Source: Candidatus Babeliales bacterium (lineage in GTDB: Bacteria > Babelota > Babeliae > Babelales > RVW-14). Taken from it: DNA of 64,000 nt. The stretch covers positions 15,078-79,077 of the forward strand of contig JAIERW010000005.1 in the NCBI GenBank assembly GCA_019746485.1, in the 5' to 3' direction. The translations under genes were made by a program, and so were the position numbers. Below the pieces are notes generated by a model that made no database searches, was not told the DNA's origin, and saw only the letters and a list, made by a program, of their open reading frames with translations. The first letter of the stretch is position 1. Each line of letters starts with the position of its first letter. Shown one piece after another: positions 1 through 9,181 of this stretch.

Positions 1-1
1 A

Positions 2-172
2 TACTGCGACAAACCACTGGTTTCATCAGATTTTATTGGCAACCCGCACTCAGCAATTTTTGACAGCCTTTTAACAAACAGCACCGGCAGCATGCATAAA
101 ATCTTTGCATGGTACGACAATGAATTTGGTTACTCATCACGATTGAAAGAGTTTTTACTTCACAACTCCTAA
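2..172 (+). CDS. gap: glyceraldehyde-3-phosphate dehydrogenase, C-terminal fragment (5' end outside window)
   Basis: Frame 2 reads ...SSDFIGNPHSAIFDSLLT...KIFAWYDNEFGYSSRLKEFLLHNS*. This matches the conserved GAPDH C-terminus (WYDNEwGYSxR). Stop TAA is at 170-172. Confidence 0.8.
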   Translation, partial: YCDKPLVSSDFIGNPHSAIFDSLLTNSTGSMHKIFAWYDNEFGYSSRLKEFLLHNS

Positions 173-216
173 AAGTTGATTTACACTGACCTCAATTATA
201 AATCATATGCATGTGG

Positions 217-293
217 GGGCCCATAGCTCAGTTGGTTAGAGCAATCGGCTCATAACCGAAAGGTCCCAGGTTCAAGTCCTGGTGGGCCCACCA
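217..293 (+). tRNA. tRNA with CAT anticodon (elongator Met or lysidine-modified Ile2), CCA encoded
   Basis: Cloverleaf read by eye: acceptor gggccca/tgggccc, D-arm agctcagttggttagagc, anticodon loop ctCATaa, T-arm ccaggttcaagtcctgg, 3' ACCA. G1-C72 pairs, so it is not an initiator. The T-loop resembles E. coli ileX from memory, but Met versus Ile2 cannot be resolved here. Confidence 0.85.
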
Positions 294-331
294 CCTTCTT
301 CATCACATCTTCCACCAAAAGAGAGGGCAGT

Positions 332-1069
332 ATGACGGGAAAAGCTCTTTGGCAAAATTTAAAAATTCTTGCTGAATGTGACCACAACATCCTTAGCCTG
401 GAAAAGCAGAAGCGAGAAGCTCAAAAAATTTTTACTACCGATCAAGAGCTTATTCAAAAGCTTGCCATCAGTATTGAAGAAAAAAAGAATCGTTTTCGCC
501 AAGAACAAAAAAATGTAGATCTTCAAGAACTTCAAGCACACGACCTTAAAATAAAAGAAGAAGCAAAAAGAACACAGCTGGCAAATGTTGGTAGCCAAAA
601 AGAATATCAGGCAGTGCGCAAAGAACTTGACCGCGTGAGCAGAGATCGCGATGAGCAAGAAGATGCTCTCTTAAAAGCATGGCATCAGCTAGAAACAGCA
701 CAAAAAAGCTATGAGCTTGAAGAAAAAAACAGTGTTGGTCGCACAGCAGATCTTACTGAAGACATACAAGCAAAAGCAGCAGCTGTGCAGACACTTGAGC
801 AACAACTTGTTGAATTGCATGCAAAAAGAGAAACGCTGGTGCAAACTATTCCGCCAGAATGGCTGGTGCGTTATGATCGTATGAAACATAATGTTCCCGA
901 CCCAATTGTACCGGTGATACGTTCAAGTTGCAGCTCGTGTTTTTACGCCGTGCTACATCAAGATCTTTATAAATTAAAAAAATCAGACATATTGCCATGC
1001 CGCAGCTGCTACCGCTTTTTGTACTACGATCAAGAAGAAGAAAAGGATGTAGCAAAAGCTGCTTATTAA
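332..1069 (+). CDS. coiled-coil protein with C-terminal C4 zinc ribbon (COG1579/DUF164-like)
   Basis: 245 aa with a long heptad-like E/K/Q-rich region. The C-terminus has CSSCFY...(17 aa)...CRSCYRFLY, a two-CxxC zinc ribbon typical of this family. Confidence 0.6.
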   Translation: MTGKALWQNLKILAECDHNILSLEKQKREAQKIFTTDQELIQKLAISIEEKKNRFRQEQKNVDLQELQAHDLKIKEEAKRTQLANVGSQKEYQAVRKELDRVSRDRDEQEDALLKAWHQLETAQKSYELEEKNSVGRTADLTEDIQAKAAAVQTLEQQLVELHAKRETLVQTIPPEWLVRYDRMKHNVPDPIVPVIRSSCSSCFYAVLHQDLYKLKKSDILPCRSCYRFLYYDQEEEKDVAKAAY

Positions 1070-1087
1070 ACTACCGTTAAGGCCATT

Positions 1088-1609
1088 ATGAAAGAACAAC
1101 AAAACTCATTTTTATCATCACAAGCTACCCAGCCGCAAAGCCTTACCTGGACCGTTTACATTGACGGTGCTGCTCGCGGCAATCCAGGACCAGCAGGAAC
1201 CGGCATTTACGCGGTTGATCATAATGGCAAAGCAATTATTAAACAGGGCTTTTATATCGGCCTGAAGACAAACAATCAGGCAGAATATTTGGCCCTCGTC
1301 TTCGCACTTTTTTTAATTAAAAAAGAAGCAGAAAAACAAGAAGTAAACGATCTTTCTGTTCTGGTAATTTCAGACTCAGAACTGTTAGTTAAGCAAATGC
1401 GTGGCGCTTATAAAATGAAAAATCCCATTTTATTGCAAATCAAAATGGTTATTGAAATACTCTTGCAAGATTTAACCTGCCACTTTAAACACGTTTTGCG
1501 CGAATACAACACCGTGGCAGACGAACTTGCCAACCTGGGCGTTGATCACAAAAAAAAGCTCCCTGCTGCTTTAGCTGCTTTGGCAAAAACTCATCAACTG
1601 CCGCTTTAA
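1088..1609 (+). CDS. RNase H-like protein (RNase HI / RVT_3 type)
   Basis: Motifs YIDGAARGNPGPAGTGIY, NNQAEYLALVFAL, SDSELLVKQMRGAYKMKN and NTVADELANLG follow the DEDD RNase H pattern (DG..RGNPG, NN.AEY.AL, DS.lv, N..AD.LA). Confidence 0.7.
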   Translation: MKEQQNSFLSSQATQPQSLTWTVYIDGAARGNPGPAGTGIYAVDHNGKAIIKQGFYIGLKTNNQAEYLALVFALFLIKKEAEKQEVNDLSVLVISDSELLVKQMRGAYKMKNPILLQIKMVIEILLQDLTCHFKHVLREYNTVADELANLGVDHKKKLPAALAALAKTHQLPL

Positions 1610-1624
1610 ATGGTGTAAAACTTC

Positions 1625-2953
1625 ATGAAAAAAAATAGTACTCCCGTTATTATTTTTTGCTGCACAATTATTTTTGGCGGCACGTTTGTGCAAACAATCT
1701 ATGCAAGCCCCACTAATGAGCTAGAAACAACCAGCCCAGAACAAGAAACTCTTGAAGCAACGCCAGCACCTGATCTGGCCGAACCGCTCAGCAAACCTAT
1801 TTTTATTCATGTTTTGCTCAATGAGCTTGATGCACAAACGCGGAGCTCCCACACTATTAGTTCCAGCAATGGCTTTGTACTAGAAAGCCCAATCGGTCTA
1901 AAAAAAGCACTCTGGAAAAAAAACACGAAGATTACGATTATTGTTAAAGAAAACACGCTCTACTTGCAATGCAAAGACGGCAAGTACCGCAATGTTATTA
2001 ACAACAACCTGGCAGTAACCCCGATAGACGGCATTTTACACTTTGACAACCGATCATACCAAGGAACGCTCAATATACGCGTGGACAAAGAAAACAAGGC
2101 CTTATTGCTCATCAATAAAATTTCGTTGGACGATTATATCTATTCGGTACTCCGCTTTGAAAGCCTTTCGTACTGGCCACTTGAAATGCAAAAAGTACAG
2201 GCGGTAGCCTCTCGCACGTATGCCGTGTACCAAATGCTTGAAGCGCGCACTAAGCGCGGCAAGAATGTTGGGTACGATATAAAAAACACTAATTTTCATC
2301 AAGTTTACCGTGGCGCACACGACTGCACGCATTTGCGCAAGGCTGTTGAAGAGACGCACAACATGATCCTTACCCACAACAAAGGCGTTGCTCTCACTAT
2401 GTTTGATATCTGTTGCGGTGGCGTAGTACCCAGCGATATGAAAAAAGCCGACCCCAAAAAACCCTACCTGTACCGAACCAATCAATGCACCTTCTGTGCA
2501 AAAAAATCGTTGTTCAAATGGCAAGAGCACTTGTGCCCGGTTGAAATGCTCAAGCAGCTCAAAGCAAACAAAAAAGTAGCCCACCACCTCAGGCCCATTA
2601 AAGAAATAACCCACATGGTTGTTCACGAGCGCGACAAGGCCGGCATTGCTCACAAAATTAGAATTGCCAATAATGAGAAAAGTGTTATTGTGCCAGCGGC
2701 CGACGTTAAAGCCAGTCTTGAAACAAAACTCAAAAGCCTGGCCTTGGACATTAAGCTGCGCAACGAAAAAGTAATGCTTACCGGTCGTGGCTTTGGCCAC
2801 AACTTAGGACTGTGCCAACTTGGCGCTCGCGAACTGGTAGCACAAGGATGGAATTTTAAAGACATTCTGGCTTTTTACTATCCTACCACCAATCTGGCCC
2901 GCTTGCGGCCAACCAGCAAAACTACGGTAAACGAAATTAAGATCAATACGTAG
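1625..2953 (+). CDS. SpoIID/LytB-domain protein (peptidoglycan lytic transglycosylase family), secreted
   Basis: N-terminal signal/TM (VIIFCCTIIFGGTFVQTIYA). SpoIID signature LDDYIYSVLRFESLSYWPLEMQKVQAVASRTYAVYQ, and C-terminal GRGFGHNLGLCQLGARELVAQGWNFKDILAFYYP. Confidence 0.75.
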   Translation: MKKNSTPVIIFCCTIIFGGTFVQTIYASPTNELETTSPEQETLEATPAPDLAEPLSKPIFIHVLLNELDAQTRSSHTISSSNGFVLESPIGLKKALWKKNTKITIIVKENTLYLQCKDGKYRNVINNNLAVTPIDGILHFDNRSYQGTLNIRVDKENKALLLINKISLDDYIYSVLRFESLSYWPLEMQKVQAVASRTYAVYQMLEARTKRGKNVGYDIKNTNFHQVYRGAHDCTHLRKAVEETHNMILTHNKGVALTMFDICCGGVVPSDMKKADPKKPYLYRTNQCTFCAKKSLFKWQEHLCPVEMLKQLKANKKVAHHLRPIKEITHMVVHERDKAGIAHKIRIANNEKSVIVPAADVKASLETKLKSLALDIKLRNEKVMLTGRGFGHNLGLCQLGARELVAQGWNFKDILAFYYPTTNLARLRPTSKTTVNEIKINT

Positions 2954-2977
2954 GCACGCAAAAAAAGGAGACAGCGC

Positions 2978-3454
2978 ATGCCTGGTTATAGAGTTCATTT
3001 GTCGGCAGGCCTGGTAACCTGGGTTATAATATGGCAAGTAACCGCACACTTCTTGTTTGCACCAACAACTGCCGACCTGCTCTTTGGACTGGCCTTAAGT
3101 CTTGTTGGCTCTATTTTCCCTGATATTGATGTTCGCAGTAAAATGCAGCGCCTTTTTTATCTCTCGGCAATAGTTATAGTGCCGGTAGCACTTTGGAGCC
3201 ATGCTTGGCAGTTTTTCTTTTGTTTTGCAGCAGCAGCCTTCTTGGTTGCTATCATTCGGCACCGAACTATTACCCACCAAACCTGGTTTTTGGTACTTAT
3301 GCCCGGTTTTTTCGTTTTGTACCTGGGCTATTTTAACCAAGAGTATTTCAACCATATTGTCTCTTTTTACCTCTTTTTTGTGGCCGGCGCACTGAGTCAC
3401 GTCTTACTTGATAAATCGATTACCAAAATGAAGAAGCTCACCAAGCGCTACTAA
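2978..3454 (+). CDS. membrane-bound metal-dependent hydrolase (DUF457/YdjM-like)
   Basis: 158 aa with about 4 TM segments. Motifs YRVHLSAG at the N-terminus, FPDIDVRS, and RHRTITHQ match the DUF457 His/Asp pattern. Confidence 0.55.
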   Translation: MPGYRVHLSAGLVTWVIIWQVTAHFLFAPTTADLLFGLALSLVGSIFPDIDVRSKMQRLFYLSAIVIVPVALWSHAWQFFFCFAAAAFLVAIIRHRTITHQTWFLVLMPGFFVLYLGYFNQEYFNHIVSFYLFFVAGALSHVLLDKSITKMKKLTKRY

Positions 3455-3683
3455 AAAACTTCAATTTCTAACTGAAATTTATAATAAAAAATAATCGTGC
3501 TTTTTTTAAGCAAAACATTCAAAAAGGCCCATTTCATAGGACTTTTTGCCCCTTTAGACCCCTACCCATTTGACGAATAAATCATAACTTCGTAAGCTAG
3601 TTTTATAGTGCCGAAAAGCCTATAAACCCTATCATCAATAATTAAGTATTTTTATTACTTAACTAAGCCAATACAGATTTTTC

Positions 3684-3750
3684 ACGGGGAACTGGAGGTT
3701 ATACCATTTTTCCTAACGGGGAAATGGAGGTTATTTTTTGAGGTTATACG
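3684..3750 (+). repeat. direct repeats acggggaa(c/a)tggaggttat x2 plus a third partial gaggttata, upstream of the MutS-like gene
   Basis: Copies at 3684-3703 and 3716-3735, with partial gaggttatacg at 3740-3750. The second copy contains the mini-ORF atg gag gtt att ttt tga (3724-3741). Confidence 0.6.
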
Positions 3751-3769
3751 TTAGCCGGGGGGCAACGAG

Positions 3770-6565
3770 ATGGTTATTTTTAATAAAAAATTCCTTTTAT
3801 CATCACTATTGGCATTGGGCCTGCTTGCACAGCCAATGCAAACTCATGCCGCTGCACAAAGTTTTGATCCCAGCCAAACAGCTTCATACATTATGGGCGA
3901 GGCGGTAACTAACGGATTGTCTTCAAGAAAGAAACTCTGCATAAAAATTATTACCATTTTAGAAGAAATCAAGACAGCTTTACAAGCAAATACTAATCCA
4001 TTTGGCGCCTTGACCAAACTAAGCAACACCCATCCAACATTGGCAGAAGAGTTACAAACAAAAACAACCAACGAAGAAAAAATAGCATTCATTAATACAG
4101 CATTAGAAAAATTCGGCATCGGTCAAAAACAAATGGAAAACAAACTCAGTGTTAGCGAACAAATTTATACGCTCTTTGCGCAGAATGATCGCGAAACACT
4201 ATCTCCCTTATTTGACTTTAATGCCTACAGCGAAGAATTAGAAATCATTTCAAAAAACGGCAAAAAGAGCCTTCTTACTATTTTAAACAAACACACCCGC
4301 CTAAGCTTGGGAGAGTTTAAACTGGCAAAGACGCTTGGCCAACCAACCGACAACGATACAGAGCTGAGAAGACGCCAAGCTGTTTTAAGAGAATTAGTTG
4401 AAAATAATGTATTGCGCCAACAAATTGTTACCTACCTTGATGAGGTAAAAAAGATTGAACTTGATATTTTATCATTTTGGAATGGCGCTCTTACCAGCCA
4501 CCTGCTTTCAAGCGGCCCTTTTATTGGAGGTTCTCATTCGTTAAGTTCAACAGTAAATGTATTAAAAAAAATACCAGGACTTAAAACATCTCTAAATAAT
4601 GCTGATAAACAGCCATGGACACTTGGCGTTTTTGGCGTATTACTAGCAAGAATACAGGTTGGATTTGTAACTTCTGGTGTTGATACCGTCTGGTCATTTG
4701 CAAAAAATGGCGTAGAAACACTGGCGCAAATTCCTGAATTAGTAAGCCAAGAGCTTGTTCCTTATGTTGGTAGCATTACCGTTTCAACAATACCATTAAT
4801 TATGCACAAACTTTTAACCACGGTAAAAGGAAACGCTTACCTGGAAAGAGAATTAAATGTATGGCTTGGTAAAAACCGCGACATTCGTTCAACAAATATT
4901 ACAACAGATTCCGTACTTGGCGTTTCAAAAAAAATAACTTTTAGCAATAAAACCATTGCACAGAATGCATTGAGCAGATTTGCCAACAACGAAAGATTGT
5001 TTAGCAAACCTGATGCAGACAATGAAAACAGTATTATCGTTTCATACAGACCTGAAGTTGCTGAAGAGGTTTGCAGCCTCATTAATCCTCGCTGGGACAA
5101 TGCATTAAAACTTACTGCTTTCATACTATTCTTGGGTTACTTTGCACCAATTGCCCCAGATTTATTTGGTTCTGTAGCTTTAGAAGCATTAGCGCTGCCT
5201 ACAAGCTGGACCACCATGATCGGCAGCTTTCTTTCTTCTGCGCCTATTGCCATTGCCTGGGCAAGTTCAGAAGTACTCAACAACTTGGCAAGTGGGCTCT
5301 ATGGTTTAGTCAAAAGCACCATTTTTGGAAAAATGTACCTCACCGATCCACTCCAAGAAGGCCTTGTTACCCAAGTTGATATGGTTGAAAAAGCTTATGA
5401 CTTAAACAAGAAATTAGCTTTCTTTGTAAAAAAAACTAAAGCACTCAAAGCAGTTCTTGAACACAACACCGTGTTGCATAACAACTTAACGTGCCTCAAG
5501 CACCTTGATGCACAACGATCAATTGTTACACCAACAACACCAGGCGATTTAAGCACATTACTAAAAACACTCAATACAGCAGATATTACCGGCGCTATTG
5601 AACCACTTGCAACACCTTCGTGGTACAGCCCACGGCGCTACAACCCTTGGCGCATTATTAAAGGCCGCACCGTTGGCGTTGCCGATGCTGCCAACTATAA
5701 AGTTATGACTGAACATAAAAACTCGTTCTCGCACCTGCTTGAAGCTGTTGGCGAACTTGATATGTGGGTTGGCTTGGCTGAATTATATAAAGAACATGAA
5801 ACAGACCAACGACATTGCTTCTGTTTTACTAGCTTTGTAAGCCCATCAACAGGCCCAACCGTCTATGATCCTGCAGCTTCTTTGGGAACTGCTCGTGGCT
5901 ACCTTCGTGCTCATAACTTGTGGTACCCATACCTGCTCAACAGAATGAAAAAACAAGAAATTTCGCCGTACGAATATCTTGAACTTGGTGGGCCAAATCA
6001 TCAAAAAACGGCACTTATGTACGGCGCCAACGCCAAAGGTAAGTCAACATTGTTGCGCGCTATTGCCAACGCAACAATACTTTCATTGTGTTTTGGTATA
6101 GCTCCGGCACAAAATTTTACTATCATGCCACCATCAAAGCTTTTGGTGAGTATTGTGTCAAAAGACAATCCAGCACAAGGACTTTCGGGCTTTACCTCAC
6201 ACTTGGACAAACTAAGAAACATTATTACTCAAGCGGCAACATTGAAAGCACAGAATAAGCATGCGTTGGTAATTATTGATGAGTTGTGCCAAGCCTCAAC
6301 AGCTCTTGCTGGTGAACTTGCTTCTAAAAAAATGTTGGAACAAAACTTTGCAAACCCAGACAATAACGCACTGAGTTTTATAACGGTACACAAAGAAAGT
6401 CCTGCTGAACTGATTAACACCATGCCAAACGACTTTAAATTTTATGGGTTTATGGAAAATCGCAGCATAAAAACATTAACAACTTTAGACCAGATTAGAG
6501 AGCTCTTACAGAGCGCAAACGTAGAATCTTTGGGAAAAGCATTTGCATACGGCCTTATTAAATAA
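3770..6565 (+). CDS. MutS-family ATPase (domain III/V-like) with N-terminal signal peptide and central hydrophobic segments
   Basis: 931 aa. Signal-like N-terminus MVIFNKKFLLSSLLALGLLAQPMQTHA/AAQ. Hydrophobic stretches occur around residues 280-520. The C-terminus has GPNHQKTALMYGANAKGKSTLLRAIANATILSLCFGIAPA (Walker A at 6023-6049), GLSGFTSHLDKL and ALVIIDELCQAST. These align with the MutS domain V pattern GPNMgGKST..rq.al..ilAq.G.fVPA ... STF..E ... lvllDElGrGTs. Confidence 0.6.
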   Translation: MVIFNKKFLLSSLLALGLLAQPMQTHAAAQSFDPSQTASYIMGEAVTNGLSSRKKLCIKIITILEEIKTALQANTNPFGALTKLSNTHPTLAEELQTKTTNEEKIAFINTALEKFGIGQKQMENKLSVSEQIYTLFAQNDRETLSPLFDFNAYSEELEIISKNGKKSLLTILNKHTRLSLGEFKLAKTLGQPTDNDTELRRRQAVLRELVENNVLRQQIVTYLDEVKKIELDILSFWNGALTSHLLSSGPFIGGSHSLSSTVNVLKKIPGLKTSLNNADKQPWTLGVFGVLLARIQVGFVTSGVDTVWSFAKNGVETLAQIPELVSQELVPYVGSITVSTIPLIMHKLLTTVKGNAYLERELNVWLGKNRDIRSTNITTDSVLGVSKKITFSNKTIAQNALSRFANNERLFSKPDADNENSIIVSYRPEVAEEVCSLINPRWDNALKLTAFILFLGYFAPIAPDLFGSVALEALALPTSWTTMIGSFLSSAPIAIAWASSEVLNNLASGLYGLVKSTIFGKMYLTDPLQEGLVTQVDMVEKAYDLNKKLAFFVKKTKALKAVLEHNTVLHNNLTCLKHLDAQRSIVTPTTPGDLSTLLKTLNTADITGAIEPLATPSWYSPRRYNPWRIIKGRTVGVADAANYKVMTEHKNSFSHLLEAVGELDMWVGLAELYKEHETDQRHCFCFTSFVSPSTGPTVYDPAASLGTARGYLRAHNLWYPYLLNRMKKQEISPYEYLELGGPNHQKTALMYGANAKGKSTLLRAIANATILSLCFGIAPAQNFTIMPPSKLLVSIVSKDNPAQGLSGFTSHLDKLRNIITQAATLKAQNKHALVIIDELCQASTALAGELASKKMLEQNFANPDNNALSFITVHKESPAELINTMPNDFKFYGFMENRSIKTLTTLDQIRELLQSANVESLGKAFAYGLIK

Positions 6566-6581
6566 TTTTTAGGGGAAGAAC

Positions 6582-7961
6582 ATGAAAAGAATATTTTTAG
6601 TACTTATCGCATTAAGTACCGCAACAAACGCGTTGCCTGCAACGCAAACATTTATAGATCCCGTTGAACAAACGGTTAAAGATCTTGAAAGCCGTGTTGG
6701 CATTGAAGAAGATCCGGCTTATACAGCGTGCTGGTTCTGGAACTGTGGCACACCAAAAGCAGTCATGGGCACCATTGACCAAACAATCAATGCTTTCAAA
6801 GGAAAAATAGGCGAACTTAATAAAAGTTTGCAAAATTATAAACAACACAATTTGCCAACTGCGCCAATTGAACAAAAAATACAAGAATACAACAAAGCGA
6901 TAGATTGCTTGCAGCAAAATAAGCCAGCAAGCATTGACGCACAAGACTTCTTACTAAAAAATAAAGCGGCACTTCAAACCATAGAACACAATGGACCAAA
7001 GTCTGAAAAAGACTTTGTGTTGTTGGACATAGCAAACAACCTTTTGTTACGCGGCAACCATGATCTTGAAAATTGTTTGAACACCATCAACTCAAAAATT
7101 ATGGACGCTACAAGCCTTCAAACGGCTCGTAATTTTGTTAATAACGTTGCAAAGCTTAAAAATCAACGCGATGCAATTTCACAAGCTCAAATGTCTTTTG
7201 ACAAAGAACAAGCGCGCATTAAGCAAGAAGCTCTCGATGCAAAGATTTTTGCAGAACAAGAAAAGGTTCTAGCACAAGCCCGTGCTATTGAAAACGCACG
7301 CAAACTTAAGCACGAGCAAGAAACCGCTGCAGAAAAAGCTAAACAAGATGAATTACTCAAAAAAGCTGAAGAAATTGAATACTTAAGAAAAATTGAACAA
7401 GAACAAGAAGAAGCCAAAAAGTTAGCAGAAGAACAAGAACTTCTTGAACGTGCAAAAGTATTAAAAACACAAGAAGAACGACAAAAAGAAGCTGCGAAAG
7501 CAAAACAAGAAAGCATTCTTAAAGAAGCTGAAAAAATTGAGCAAGATAGAAAAGCTCAATTGTCGCAAGAAAGTGTTGCTCAAAAAGCTACCAACGATGA
7601 CATTTTGCAAAAAGCAGAAGCAATCAAAGCCGAATTAGAAAAAGAACAACGCAAGCAAGAAGTCTTGAAAAAGATAGAAGAGCTTGAAAAAGAACTTGAA
7701 AACGAAGAAATCCAAAATAGCTTCTTTGCCAGTCTTGCTGACAAACTGCCGGCATGGGAATCTTACTCAAAATGGACACCAGCTGCCCTTTCAGTAGCTA
7801 TTGCTGCTGTTGGCTACGTGCTTTATACCAAAGTTAAAGCAGGCGTTACCAGCAAACTCAAAGAGAAAAAAGTCAAAAAGATCTTACTGCCAAAAAAGCC
7901 AGTTTTTGTTATTCATGAACCGGTTATAAAGCCAGAACATGAAGCGGCTGCTGCGGCATAA
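6582..7961 (+). CDS. secreted/membrane-anchored coiled-coil protein, E/K-rich repeats, C-terminal TM and poly-Ala end
   Basis: 459 aa. Signal peptide MKRIFLVLIALSTATNA. Three roughly 35-aa repeats ((L/I)L(K/Q)(K/E)AE(E/K/A)I...). TM PAALSVAIAAVGYVLYTKV. The basic tail ends EHEAAAAA*. Confidence 0.7.
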   Translation: MKRIFLVLIALSTATNALPATQTFIDPVEQTVKDLESRVGIEEDPAYTACWFWNCGTPKAVMGTIDQTINAFKGKIGELNKSLQNYKQHNLPTAPIEQKIQEYNKAIDCLQQNKPASIDAQDFLLKNKAALQTIEHNGPKSEKDFVLLDIANNLLLRGNHDLENCLNTINSKIMDATSLQTARNFVNNVAKLKNQRDAISQAQMSFDKEQARIKQEALDAKIFAEQEKVLAQARAIENARKLKHEQETAAEKAKQDELLKKAEEIEYLRKIEQEQEEAKKLAEEQELLERAKVLKTQEERQKEAAKAKQESILKEAEKIEQDRKAQLSQESVAQKATNDDILQKAEAIKAELEKEQRKQEVLKKIEELEKELENEEIQNSFFASLADKLPAWESYSKWTPAALSVAIAAVGYVLYTKVKAGVTSKLKEKKVKKILLPKKPVFVIHEPVIKPEHEAAAAA

Positions 7962-7991
7962 AAAGTAAAAACATAGAAAGAAGTTATCATC

Positions 7992-8609
7992 ATGAAAAAA
8001 GTACTTTTATTAGTCCTTGCTCTCATTGCTTTGGCAAAAAGGGCAGAATCGGCTAATGCTGCGCTGCTTTTGGATGGGATTGGCACGGTAGACGCCGGCC
8101 TATCACTTGTTGGCACGGCATATAAATACTTTAATCCTGAAACAGACCAAAAATGTCGTGAATCAATGATCACTTATGCCACCCAAGAGATTAGAGAGCG
8201 TATTGAGGATGCAACAACAGACCTTACTGAAAATATGGATGCGAAGTTTGAAGAGCTAAAAGACTTACTTGAGCACAAGTGCACCCGCCAACCTGACATT
8301 GATAACGCCAACCAAAAACTTAACGATATAGCGCAAAAAATCACTGATCTTGAAGCATTATTACAAGACAGCAAAGAAAATTCAGAATTAGCATATTTAG
8401 CAAAAAATGATGAAGAACTCAAAAAACTCGTCAAAACATCTGGGGCAATTATTGGAACACTAGCAGCTCTTCCCATTATTACCGGCATAGTTGTTTGGCA
8501 TAAAGTAATGCCACTTTATAAAGAAGCTCTCAAAGTAAAAAAGATGTTCGCCATAGACCCGCTTGATCCAACAGACAAACCTGGGTTTCAAACGGCTGCT
8601 GCAGCATAA
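7992..8609 (+). CDS. secreted/membrane-anchored protein, paralog of the next gene in its C-terminal TM module, poly-Ala end
   Basis: 205 aa. Signal peptide MKKVLLLVLALIALAKRAESANA. The C-terminal module ELKKLVKTSGAIIGTLAALPIITGIVVWHKVMPLYKEALKVKKMF ends FQTAAAA*. Confidence 0.7.
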   Translation: MKKVLLLVLALIALAKRAESANAALLLDGIGTVDAGLSLVGTAYKYFNPETDQKCRESMITYATQEIRERIEDATTDLTENMDAKFEELKDLLEHKCTRQPDIDNANQKLNDIAQKITDLEALLQDSKENSELAYLAKNDEELKKLVKTSGAIIGTLAALPIITGIVVWHKVMPLYKEALKVKKMFAIDPLDPTDKPGFQTAAAA

Positions 8610-8633
8610 CACGTTAAAAAGAAAGAAACGGCC

Positions 8634-8984
8634 ATGAAGAAAGTACTTTTATTAGCACTCGCGCTTGTTACAACAAGCACCTTGTTTTGTGGCCAAAAAG
8701 ACAACATACGGCAGCAAGAGCTCATTGCTGAGTTAGAAAGCGAAATCAACAATCCTGAATACTATTGCCCATGCCCAACAAATAACGATGCAGAACTTAA
8801 AAAACTCATCATACTTTCTGGCTCAATTACCGCAACCTTGTCGGCCATCCCACTGGTTGCTGCTGTAGTTCTTTACCACAAGTTAATACCACTTTACCAA
8901 GAAATGCTCGAAGCAAAAAAAGCTTTTACCGCAGCTCCGGTAGCAACTGCTTATGACCTGGTAAGAACCAATTTATTTGGATAA
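8634..8984 (+). CDS. small secreted/membrane-anchored protein, paralog of 7992..8609
   Basis: 116 aa. It has the same signal start (MKKVLLLALALV) and the same TM module as the previous gene: ELKKLIILSGSITATLSAIPLVAAVVLYHKLIPLYQEMLEAKKAF. Confidence 0.7.
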   Translation: MKKVLLLALALVTTSTLFCGQKDNIRQQELIAELESEINNPEYYCPCPTNNDAELKKLIILSGSITATLSAIPLVAAVVLYHKLIPLYQEMLEAKKAFTAAPVATAYDLVRTNLFG

Positions 8985-8985
8985 C

Positions 8986-9077
8986 CTCCATCCGGCTTCG
9001 CTCTACGAGCTACGGCGCGATTATGCCCTAAAAGGACGGGTGCCGCGGCGTAGTTGTTAACGTAGACGGGCCATTTC
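8986..9077. repeat. GC-rich intergenic imperfect-palindrome element (REP-like)
   Basis: A locally GC-rich island in AT-rich spacer. It contains ggcttcgctctacgagctacggcgcg ... ccgcggcgtagttgttaacgtagacggg. ctacggcgcg and cgcggcgtag form a 9/10 inverted repeat. It shares the cores ggcttcg and ggcgtagt with the elements flanking tRNA-Ser. Confidence 0.5.
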
Positions 9078-9144
9078 CAAAATATCTTTTAACCAAATAG
9101 ACGTTCGTTGAAAATAAACAGCCTAAAAGCTAAAAGATACGTTG

Positions 9145-9176
9145 GGGCCGGGACCTAAAAAGTCCCGGCCTTTTTT
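9145..9176 (+). terminator. rho-independent terminator (between convergent 8634 gene and tatD)
   Basis: Stem ggccgggac / gtcccggcc with loop ctaaaaa, followed by ttttttt. Confidence 0.8.
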
Positions 9177-9181
9177 TATGC

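Noticed and set aside
2102-2800. 232-aa minus-strand ORF
   Set aside because: It is entirely antisense to the SpoIID gene, which carries clear family motifs. The ORF has no motifs of its own.
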